Assembly (NCBI GenBank): GCA_024679065.1
Contig: JAGIQG010000013.1
Location: 23,994,001-24,058,000, forward strand
Length of the DNA: 64,000 bases
Reading direction: 5' to 3'
DNA from: Sphyrna mokarran
Lineage: Eukaryota
Below the pieces are notes generated by a model that was not told the DNA's origin, did no database searches, and worked only from the letters and a program-made list of their open reading frames with translations. How positions within the stretch are numbered: the stretch's first letter is position 1; every line of letters starts with the position of its first letter. Below, piece by piece: positions 39,492 through 50,187 of the stretch. The position numbers and the translations under genes are program-made.

Positions 39492-39914
39492 AAAACACTA
39501 GCTATATACCATTTCAAGTCTGGATGAATCTTTGTCAGAACTGAAGGAACATTGTGTTGAATGAAGCACCAAATATTTGCCGACCTCCAATATTTTAGAA
39601 CTAATAAAGATAAGTATTAGAAAATAAAATGACCCCACAATTTCTCTCTGGGTGCAAACGTGGCTAAGAAATTATCTTAAATTTCTGGCAGGCCAAATCA
39701 GGGAAAGTTGGCAGACTATCTGGCTGCTAAGTCAGATATGCAATTGCAGACCTGAAGATGTGCATTAACGTCTTCGCCTTCTTTACTAAGTCCTGTCAGG
39801 GAATGGGCAATTTAATCAGTCAAAGTAGGAAACATCAGTATTCTGAGGTGGGCAGATGAATCAGTAAGTTCAACAGCAGTCAGCAAACTTAAACATTTGA
39901 ACGTGAAGACAGAT

Positions 39915-40328
39915 AACCTGCTTCTGCTCTCACTCCTCCCCACCGCCAGGAGGTGCGGATCCCGGCTGCCAAACTCCGAGCAAAACTCTTCTGTTCTCAG
40001 TCCTCCTCACCGCCGGGGGGCGCGGTGAGCTGAATCCTCAAACTCGGAACAGAAGCTGCCTGCTCTCAGTCCTCCTCACCACGAGGAAGCACAGTGAGCT
40101 GATTTCCCCAACTCGGAGTAGAAACCTCCTGCTTTCAGTCCTCCCCACCGCCGGGGGTGGCGCGGTAAACTGAATTCCCAAATTCAGAGCAGAAACCTCC
40201 TGCTCTTAGTCCTCCCCACCGCTGGGGGGCGCGGTGAGCTGAACTCCCAAATTCAGAGCAGAAACCTCCTGCTTTCAGTCCTCCCCACCGCTGGGGGCGC
40301 GGTGAGCTGAATTCCCAACTTGGAGCAA
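39915..40328. repeat. Tandem repeat, 6 units of 67-71 bp, GC-rich
   Basis: Anchor CTGYTYTYA(G/C)TCCTCC recurs at 39924, 39991, 40060, 40129, 40200 and 40269. Confidence 0.92.
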
Positions 40329-40329
40329 A

Positions 40330-40620
40330 CAGCAGTTCGGGAGATCAACAAGGGAAAGGTGAAAGAGGAAAAAGAAATATCGAGGAGCGGAAACAGGAAG
40401 AGAGACTGAGTGTGTGTGAGAGAGAGAGATAAATAAAGAGACAAAATAGACAGGAAATTTTCTCCTTTCGCTAATACTTTCCTGCTCGGACTGAGTGGTG
40501 TCAGGCTTGCCGTTTCCAAGGTGACAGCGGCTGAAGGAGAGGAAAATGTCGCTCTTCGGGAAGAAGAAGACGGCGGAAGGTGAGTGACTGAGGTCGGGGC
40601 CAGACCGAGGAAGCAGATTA
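40330..40620 (+). promoter_or_regulatory. CHMP2B core promoter / 5' UTR, CpG-enriched and TATA-less
   Basis: CpG density is locally high against a CpG-depleted background; tandem ETS-like cores GCGGAAACAGGAAG at ~40387-40400; TSS not locatable from sequence. Confidence 0.6.
40546..40579 (+). CDS. CHMP2B: CHMP2B coding exon 1 (MSLFGKKKTAE+G), 34 nt
   Basis: ATG at 40546 in context GAAAATGT; donor G|GTGAGT at 40580; resembles human N-terminus MASLFKKKTVD; phase 1 joins exon 2 in frame. Confidence 0.93.
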
Positions 40621-40642
40621 ACCCAAGTCTGGGCTGCCAGCT

Positions 40643-40942
40643 AAAGTTAAAGTTTATTTATTAGTGTCACAAGTAAGACTTACTTTCAGACCGCAATGAA
40701 AATCGCCTTGTCGCCACGCTCCGGTGCCTATTCGGGTACACTGAGGGAGACCTTAACATGGTCAGTGGAGCTAACCAGCACGTCTTTGGACTGTGGGAGG
40801 AAACCAGAGCTCCCGGAGGAAACGCGTGCAGACAGAGGGAGAATGTGCAAACTCCACACAGACAGGGACCCCAGCCGGGAATGGAACCTAGGTCCCTGGT
40901 GCTGTGAGGCTACAGTGCTAACCACTGTGCCCCATGCTGCCT
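40643..40942 (-). mobile_element. V-SINE type B in CHMP2B intron 1
   Basis: aaagtttatttattagtgtcacaagtaag tail with head at 40900-40940. Confidence 0.88.
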
Positions 40943-40990
40943 GGGCCAGGCTGAGAAGACATACCATCTATCCTCCTTTCATTCTGATTG

Positions 40991-41535
40991 TTTGATTTGA
41001 TTTATTATTGTCACATGCATTCATATACAGTGAAAAGTATTGTTTCTAGTGCGCTATACAGATTGAGCATTCTATTTGTAAAGAAAGAAAGGAGACAGTG
41101 TAGAATGTAGTGTTACAGTCATAGCTAGGGTGTAGAGAAAGATCGACTTAATGCAAGTTAAGCCCAATCAAAAGTCTGATGGTAGCAGGCAAGAGGCTGT
41201 TCTTCTGTTGGTTGATACACATCCTCAAACTTCCGTATCTTTTTGCTGATGGAAGAAGGTGGAAGAGGGTATGTCCAGGGGGTGTGGGGTCTTTAACTAT
41301 TTTGGCTGCTTTTCTGAGGCAGTGGAAAGTGTAGATAGAGTAAATGGATGGGAAACTGGTTTGAGTGTTGGGCTTCTTTCATGATCTTTTTAGTGTCTTG
41401 CAATCTTGGACAGAACAGAAGCCATATCAACCAAAATCAATCCTTTCTTTACTGCATTTGTAAATGTTGGTGAGAGTTGCAGTGGACATGCCAAATTTCC
41501 TTAGTCTTCTGAGAAAGTAGAAGTGTTGGGAAGCT
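40991..41535 (-). mobile_element. Rex1-Babar LINE 3' fragment
   Basis: ORF 41427..41624 contains SQHFYFLRRLRKFGMSTATLTNIYKC; (TTTGA)n tail. Confidence 0.85.
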
Positions 41536-44252
41536 ACTAGTAGTTTGGTCAGATTGTTGGTAGAAATGTAAATTCTCTTGAATTTATTTCTTTGACAAAT
41601 TATTAGAAATGTGTTAATCAACAAACATAAATATTTGTGAAGAATTCATATCGGACTCAAAACCTTAACTCTTGTTATGCTTTCCACAGATACTACTGGA
41701 TTTACTGAGTATTTGGCACTTTATCTGATTTTTATATTTGTGAGATTATCTTGGTGTGTAAGATCTTGTTACTGCCGGTAGCAGTTTTCATTTTCTCCAT
41801 CAATTACATTTGAAGATGTTGAGATGCAGATATGTATTGCTGTGTTTTATAGACCTGAGGAATATGTTGGATTTAAAAGTCTTTATGTTATTGTTCACTT
41901 TCACATAACTATCTCGATCCTTTTGCTGCTATAATCCTTGTGTTGGTCATTCTGACATCCTAATCTCTATGAACAAAATCTAGTCCAGAACACAACTAAC
42001 AGATACCTCTCCTTAATGAGATCTGTTCACTGTGACCCTGTGTTACCTGTGCTCCAGATTTCAATTCAAGCATCTCGCCTTAAACTTAGCCATGGCCTTG
42101 CCATCCTGCTTGATAATTTTCATTTAATCTTTTTGTATGAACATCCCTACTGTTAATGGCAGAACTCTGCTATCTTAGTCCCACTTCACATTTCTCTTTC
42201 AGCAGCATTCTCAAAGCTCATCTTTTTAATCAAACTTTTGCTTGTGCCTTTTGATTGTGCCCAGTCTATTTTTCTTAACTTGTGATTTTATCACAACTTT
42301 TTCAGCTCCAGAATACAGGAACTTTTAGATTGTCATTAATGGCACCAGCAATTCGTGAAGAAAATCGACCAAAAACATATTGGCGAATATTTCCATTCTG
42401 CACAATTTTATTTATAAAGCTATGGGAAAATATTTTTGGCTATGGAGTAACATGGGTTTAAAGTATTATCTTGGTTTCTCTGAAACAATAGCTTTTGATC
42501 TTGAGTCCAAAGGAGTACTTTATAGCACTGTTCCACAGAGTGCAAAAAGATTGATTTGACAAGATGAGTCATTGTGGGGTGAGTCTCTGGCACACTGATG
42601 CTGTCAGCCATGTGATGTGATTGAAACTGGTGTAAATGGTCATTGTCAGATTTCAGTATTCAAATTGAGATGTGATTCTTTCAAATCACATCATGAATTT
42701 TAATGAGAAGAGTCAAAATTCTTTGAGCAGTTTAAATTTTAATTACGTGTGAACAGAGTAAAGGCAAATAATTTTGAAGGCAGATTCTGTTGCAAACTAT
42801 TGTGATGCCATGGAATTTTATAGAGAATAAATTGGTTATGACTGCCATGGGGATGTGATTTATTGGTTAGCTCAAGTCTCCTGCCTATAATCTGTTCGTT
42901 AGTTGCTAAAATGTTTATTTGGGTTTCTTCACTGGTTGAAAAATCAACATTTGGAATTCCTATTATGAGTAAAAGATTATATATGTTTATAAATGAGTGA
43001 CAGTCTCAGGAATTCTTTATGCTGGTAGTTTATGATGAGTTATGTCAGTAGATCAGTGTCATTCTTAATGCAAGAAGAAATGTAAAGAAATATTTTTCAT
43101 CTATTAAATATGAATGGTTGTACATTTATGTGTCTACCATGTTTACAATTTAATATTGGTTCCATTTTTTAATAGGCAAAAATAAATAGATTTTCATTGC
43201 TCACACAAGCATTTGCAACCTATCCCCAAACCAAGCTCCTGAAAAATACAACAGTTTCTGAACTTACTCACAGAACTATTGTGTAGAAGGAGGCCTTTTG
43301 GTCTATCATATTGGCCCTGGTTCTTTGAGCAATCTCCATGACTCAATGCCAGTTCCCTACCTTTCCCTATTCTCATACATGTCATTTCCATTCAATAATT
43401 CATCTAACGCTTTTGTGAAGATCTTCATTGAATGGTAATACTTCTGACCATATAGCATACATCTCAAAGTAATCAAGTAACTACCTAAATATTTGTGCTC
43501 AGATGGGTCTCGAACCCACAATTTTCTGACACCGAGGCAAGAGTGCTACCACGGGGCCACGCCTAATAGATATTGGGCACTGTCCACATTGGGGCCACAT
43601 CCTACTCAATCTAAATTTACAATAATGTGATGCAGGTAGACACTTGTTAAGGATCCCATACTTCTGTTGAGATACTACTGGAATTTAATCAATTAGTATT
43701 GTAGATCTGCTAGCACAGCACGCTTGTAAGTGTCCCATTAATTGTCTGTTTACAAATTCTATCTTTTAGGACATTGTCTTGTCAAATAATTTGGAGGTAA
43801 GTCTGAAGAATCTTGGATGACTTAATGAGTCAGAGTAGATAGTTCATCTCTAACTTCATGGAGTGCTAGTCACCTGCCTTGTTTCAATATGAGTGAGTTA
43901 ACAACGTGGACTAAAATCTAATATCCATCATCATGTGTATCTTCCTGGAATCAATTCTATTTTGAGGAGCTGCTGTTATTTTCCCTCTCCATTGCAAGTT
44001 TGGTGGTTATTAATAGAGAGGGAAATCCATAGTTAAGAATGGGTTTTGTAGCATAAAAAGGACATATTTCAGAATTGGGTTATATTTGTGTATATTTCAA
44101 ATATCTATTTAATTATGAACTGTGGCTTGTAAGATCACGAGGAATGTATCTAATAATAATAGTAAATGACTTAACACGCTAGTTTTTTTGTTGTAGAGTG
44201 TGACATTGATATTTCTGGTATGTTATTTCAAGCACTCTCAATTTTCCTGCAG

Positions 44253-44344
44253 ATATAATAAAGGAACAGAATCGAGAGTTGAGGGGAACTCAACGATCAA
44301 TAGCCAGAGATAGAGCGGGCTTAGAGAAACAAGAAAAACAGTTG
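44253..44344 (+). CDS. CHMP2B: CHMP2B coding exon 2 (DIIKEQNRELRGTQRSIARDRAGLEKQEKQL), 92 nt
   Basis: Acceptor ttttcctgcAG, donor TTG|GTAAGT; manual translation matches CHMP2B helix 1; missing from the ORF track. Confidence 0.96.
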
Positions 44345-44589
44345 GTAAGTAAGTCAGAAATCACCTTGATGAAAATTCCAGGTTGAATCAATGTCTTGAC
44401 TGCTTCATGTCATTTAGCACTGTGTGAATAGCACAGGTTAGCAAAAACCTAGGATTGTAAAATATCATAGATTCTGGAAATCTGAAATAAAAATAGAAAC
44501 TGCTGGAAGCACTCTATGGTGAGGAAGCATTGTTGGCAATAACATTTCAGATAATGATCCTTCTTCAGAACTGAAAGACAATACCAGCT

Positions 44590-45790
44590 GCTCAATGATG
44601 CCCAGTTTGGGTTTTGCCAAGGTCACTCAGTTCCTGATCTCATTACAGCCTTGGGTCAAACATTGATAAGAGAACTGGGCCCCAGAACTGAGGAGAGGGT
44701 CACAGCCTTTGACATCAAGACTGCATTTGACTGCATATGGCATTAACCAGCCCTAGTGAAACTGGAATTAATGGGTATCATGGGGCAAACTCTCCACTGG
44801 TAGGAGTCATAGCTGGTACATAGGAAGATGGTTGTGAAGGTCAGTTATCTAAGCTCCAGGGCCCCTCTGCAGGAGTCCCTCAGGGTAGTGTCCTAGACCC
44901 AACCATCTTCAGTTGCTTCATCAATCACCCTCCCTCCATCATAAAGTCAGAAGTGGGGATGTTCCTGATGATTGCATAATGTTCAGCACCATTTGTGACC
45001 CCTCAGATACTGAAGCTGTCCATGTTCAAATGCAGCAAGATCTGGACAAATCCAAGCTTGGGCTGACAAGTTGCTAGTAACATTCGCACCATACAAATGC
45101 CATGCGACGACCATTACCAATAACAGACATTCTAACCACCATCTCTTGACATTCAATAGTGTAACCACCACTGAATCCCCCACTGTCAACATCCTTGGGT
45201 TACCATTGACTAAGAACTAAACTGGACTTGCCACACAAGTACAGTAGTTACAAGAGCAGGTCAGAGGCTAGGAATTCTGCAGTGAGTAACTTGCCTCCTG
45301 ACTTCCCAAAGAATATCCACCATCTGCAAGAGACAAGTCAGGAGTAAGATAGAATGTTCTCCACTTGCCTGAATGGTGCAGCTCCAACACACTTAAGAAA
45401 CTTGACACCATCAGGACAAAGCAGTCCGTTTGATTGGCACCATATCTACAACATTCAATTCCCCCATCACTGATGCACAGGAGCAGCAGACTGTATTATC
45501 TACAAGATGCTCTGCAGCAATTCACCAAAGCTCCTTAGACAGCACCTTCCAAACCCACGACCACTTCCATCTAGAAGGACAAGAACAGCAGATACATGGG
45601 AATATCGTCTGCAAGTTTCCCTCCAAGCCATACTGTCCTGACTTGGGAATAGATTGCTGTTCCTTTGCAGTCACTAAGTTAAAATCTTGGAATTCCCTCC
45701 CTAATGGCATTGTGGGTCTACCCATAGCATCTGAACTGCAGTGATTCAAGAAGGCAGCTCAGCACCACCTTCTCAAGAGCAACTAGGGAT
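44590..45790 (+). mobile_element. Old CR1/L2-group LINE (RT to near 3' end); tail continues at 47893-47952
   Basis: TAFDIKTAFD, GVPQGSVLDPTIFSCFIN; breaks at ...gcaactagggat and resumes at atgggcaataaatgctggcc. Confidence 0.85.
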
Positions 45791-47875
45791 AGAACATAGA
45801 ACGTAGAACATTACAGCGCAGTACAGGCCCTTTGGCCCTCGAAGTTGCGCCGACCAATGGAACCAATTTTATGACCCTCTATCCTAAACTATTCCAATGC
45901 TATCCATATGCTTATCCACTGACCATTTGAACGCCCTTAAACTTGGCGAGTCCACAACTGCTGCAGGCAGGACATTCCACACCCTTACTACTCTCTGAGT
46001 AAAGAACCCACCTCTAGCATCTGTCCTATAACTACCACCCCTTAATTTAAAGCTATATCCCCCCATGTTATCCATCTCCATCTGAGGAAAAAGGCTCTCA
46101 CTATCCACCCTATATAACCCTCTGATCATCTTATATATCTCAATTAAGTCACCTCTTAGCCTTCTTCTCTCTAATGAAAATAACTTCAAGTCCTTTAGCC
46201 TTTCCTCATAAGACCTACCCATCATACCAGGCAACATCCTGGTAAACCTCTTCTGCATTCTTTCCAATGCCTCCACATCTTTCTTATAATATGGTGACCA
46301 AAACTGTACACAATATTCCAAGTGCAGCTGCACCAGAGTTTTGTACAGTTGCAACATGACATCTCGGCTCCGAAATTCAATCCCTCTACCAATAAATGCT
46401 AACACACTATACACCTTCTTAACTACCTTATCAACTTGAATACCAACTTTCAGAGATCTATGCACCTGTACACCAAAATCTCTCTGCTCATCTACACTAC
46501 TAAGAGTCCTACCATTAGCCCTATATTCTGCACACATATTACTCTTACCAAAGTGAATCACCTCACACTTTTCCACATTAAACTCCATTTGCCACCTCTC
46601 GGCCCAGCTCTGCAACTTATCTATGTCCCTCTGCAAACTGTAACATCCATCCTCACTGTCTACAACTCCTCCGACTTTGGTGTCGTCAGCAAATTTACTA
46701 ACCCATCTCTCTACACCCTCATCCAGATCATTTATAAAAACAACAAACAACAGTGGCCCCAAAACAGATCCCTGAGGTACACCACTAGTAACTAAACTCC
46801 AGGTTGAATATATCCCATCAACCACCACCTTCTGTCTTCTATCAGCTAGCCAATTCCTAATCCAAATTGCTAAATCTCCCTCAATCCCATGCATCTGCAT
46901 TTTCTGCAGTAGTCTTCCATGGGGAACCTTATCAAATGCTTTGCTAAAATCCATATACACCACATCAACTGCCTTACCCTTATCCACCTCTTTGGTCACC
47001 TTTCAAAAAACTCAATAAGGTTTGTGAGGCACGACCTTCCCTTCACAAATCCATGTTGACTATCCCTAATCAATTCATTTCTTTCTAAATGACTATAAAT
47101 CCTATCCCTTATAATCCTTTTCAAAACTTTTCCACAACAGATGTAAGGCTCACTGGTCTATAATTTGCAGGGTGGTCTCTACTCCCCTTCTTAAACAAGG
47201 GGACAACATTTGCCATCTTCCAGTCTTCCGGCACTACACCTGTAGCCAACGATGACATGAAGATCAAAGCCAAAGGCTCTGCAATCTCCTCTCTAGCCTC
47301 CCAGACTAACCTGGGATAAATCCCATCCGGCCCAGGGGATTTATCTATTTTCGTACTCTGAAGAATAGCTAACACCTTACGTACCTCTATCCTGTCTAGT
47401 CTACAACCCTGTATCCCAGTATTCTTCCCAACTCCGTTGACATTTTCCCGCGTGAAGACCGATGAAAAATATTCATTCAGTGCCTCACCAATCTCTATAG
47501 GTTCCACGCACAACTTCCCACTACTGTCTTTGACTGGCCCTAATCTTGACCTAACCAATCTTTTATTCTTAACATATCTATAAAAAGCTTTAGGGTTCTC
47601 CTTTATCCTATCCACCAAAGTCTTCTCATGTCCTCTTCTAGCTCTTCTTACCTCCCTCTTTAGCTCCTTCCTGGCTAATTTATAACTGTCCAGTGCCTTA
47701 ACTGAGCCTTCACGTCTCATCTTTATATTAGCCTCCTTTTCCCTTTTCACTAGTGAACTAACTTCCCTGGCTCTACCACTTCCTTCCTGCCTGACAGGTA
47801 TATATTTATCAAGGACTTGCAGTAGCTGTTCCTTGAATAAGTTTCCACATTTCAGGTGTTCCCAGCCCCTGCAGT
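45790..47875 (-). mobile_element. Relatively young 5'-truncated CR1 (HER1-like) LINE, ORF2 with RT domain, frameshifted
   Basis: ORFs 47121..47921 (KSPGPDGIYPR, NYRPVSLTSVV) and 45884..46999 (YMDFSKAFDKVPH, SGVPQGSVLGP, FADD); (TTCTATG)-type tail; no endonuclease or ORF1. Confidence 0.95.
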
Positions 47876-48269
47876 TTCCTACTCCACCATTTATGGGCAA
47901 TAAATGCTGGCCAGCCAGCAATGCTCATGTCCCAAAAATGATTTTTAAAAAAAGTAGTAGTATTTCAAAAATAATGGAACCAAGGAAGGAGAGGGAAGAA
48001 CATATACACACAACAAGATGGCAATGATTAAATGGCATAAGTGATGTAAGATGAGGCAATAGAAATTACCAGCGAAATTTGAAAAAAAGCTTATGAGACA
48101 GTGCATGAATTACTAAGTGGGTGAGGGATAGATATATGGGAAGACAAGAATGAAAAACTGGCAAAGCGGAGTAGACCCTGACACAAAAATAAAAGTTGCT
48201 GTCAGTTTGTGCACTAGCACAATGTTCTGACTGAGGTACCGAACTTCGTGCACTAACCTATTCCATTCC

Positions 48270-48590
48270 AAATTATGAGTACATAATTCAGTGCAACTCC
48301 ATTGTCACGTGGGCTGTCCTTTGACGAGACATTAAGTTGAGGTCTCATTGGTGTTCTGATTGTGCACAATATATGTGACAACAATTTGAAAAATAACCGG
48401 GAGTCTCTCCAGCATTCTGGACAAATTTTCTCTTTCAATCAATTATTCCAAAAGAATATAAAAGGTGATTGCACATTGTTGTAATTGTGGAATCTTGTGT
48501 GTAAAATGCCTGGCATGTTTGCCTCTTTAACTGCATGGTTTGAATTTTAATAACTGAAATATTTTTGAGATATATAAATGCAAATCTCTG
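48270..48590 (+). mobile_element. Degenerate DeuSINE (SacSINE1/AmnSINE-like)
   Basis: gctgtcctttgacgagacattaagttgaggtc resembles the Deu domain; ends tatataaatgcaaatc; an inverted relative lies at 48990-49290. Confidence 0.55.
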
Positions 48591-49540
48591 CATCCCAATT
48601 GTGGAAACAGATGAGCCTATTCCGCAGTTCAGTGAGGTCACTTTAAATCAACTCACAAATAATAATTAAATTGTATTTTATGAATCAGTTTTAGTTGCCA
48701 GTCTATAGGTACTGGATGTAGTATCAAAATTCCAGTTCACTTTACTGCAACAGGCAAAGATATTCAAAGATTTGAAAGTCATGTCAAAGGTATGCAGCAA
48801 AGCTATTCAATCCAATTCTTTCACTGCATGCTTTTACTAAAATTTTAGAAATGCCAGCATTGTTTGAAACTTGATTTAGAAACCCGTCCTACCTGATATC
48901 GAAAGATCTCCAGTGCTTTCTTTTTAAATGTTAATTTGGACTATCTCTCTCGGCTTAGCATTTACCATTAAATAAAGGCACGGAATTATAACATCTGCAA
49001 TGATCTTAGGATCTCTCAAAGCACTTTGGAACCAGTGAAGTACTTTTAAAGTGTAGCAGGAAATGCAGCATCCAATTTGCTTACACCAAGTTTCCACAAA
49101 GAGCAATGTGATAATGATCAAATAATAAAGTGGTGCCATGGGATTATTCACATGCAGCTGAGAGAGGCCAGTAAGCTTGTTTTAATATCTTTTCTGAGAT
49201 TTAGCACATATAACAATGCATTAGAGTGTATGCCTTGACCTTGTGCTGAAATTTCTAGACTGCAGCTTGAAGCTTTGATTCAACGTAAGTGTGATATCTT
49301 TGTTAGATCAAGAGAGATGATGATGGCATCCTTAAAGAACTGATCAGAACTAAATACTAGTTAGTTATACACTCAAAAACAATATACTGTGGATGCCAGG
49401 AATCGGAAATAAAAATAAAAAATACTGGATAAACTCAGCAGATCTGGTGGCATTTGTGGGGAGAAACAGAAAATGCTTCAAAACCAAATGACCCAAGGGT
49501 TTATCTGACATTTTTGGTTTTATACTAGTTATATATCTTA

Positions 49541-50054
49541 CAAAGAACAAAACAGCACGGGAAACAGGCCCTTCGTCCCAACGGGCCCGTGCCGCCACCT
49601 TGATGTTCCCACTTCTATCCATGATCCCTGTGTATGTTTATAGATCTTTGCATTGAAACCAAATTTGTGAGACAATTTAGGGAGAATTTGTTTTGCCAGT
49701 CAGCCTCAGCACATCTTTGGCGTGTGGGAGGAAACCAGAGCACCTGGAGAAAACTCACGCAAGCACGGGAAGAATGTGCAAACTCCCACAGACACAGGCC
49801 CAAATCCATGTATCTGCACAGCACAGTGATAATCACTGAGCTGTTGTGTTGCCCGTCAACTGGTTCAGTTCAAGCGTACACTAACGACGTGAAGCACTAG
49901 GCTACTCTTGAAAAATCCAAGAGCAGCCCTCTCATGACCCATCGCATGTATGCCCCTTGTTAGGCGGATCGAAGTACCTGTGGGATAAAACAGAAATATA
50001 TCAATATCATGGACAATTTACACACTTCCCAGGGAACTCCCAAGGCTCACGATC
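49541..50054 (-). mobile_element. Extended V-SINE-like element, copy 2 (CHMP2B intron 2)
   Basis: Collinear with 23046-23575; the antisense ORFs share HRHRPKSMYLHST...QAYTNDVK. Confidence 0.85.
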
Positions 50055-50187
50055 TTGTTGATTTTTTTTTTTTGAGCAGGTGAAGGGTCTATATCCTAAC
50101 CATTAATCTTTGCTTCTTACAAGCTTTGTTGTACTGCTGTGTATTTTTAGCATTTTCACTTTTTTTTAATTTTACATTTCCTGCATT

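Noticed and set aside
1-39900. VGLL3 or other coding exons upstream
   Set aside because: No TONDU domain, His-rich tract or other host-protein similarity seen; very short exons could have been missed
39915-40328. 69-bp periodic palindromic repeat as a CRISPR array
   Set aside because: The whole unit repeats, so there are no unique spacers; no cas genes; vertebrate context
897-40995. Recurrent ORFs with CGRKPEHPEETH / SVWSLHVLPVS / GAPVFSHSPK motifs as a peptide gene family
   Set aside because: These are chance translations of the V-SINE core in different frames
45884-47921. 371-aa and 266-aa ORFs as a functional or domesticated reverse transcriptase gene
   Set aside because: Ordinary 5'-truncated CR1 ORF2, frameshifted near 47120, lacking endonuclease, promoter and ORF1
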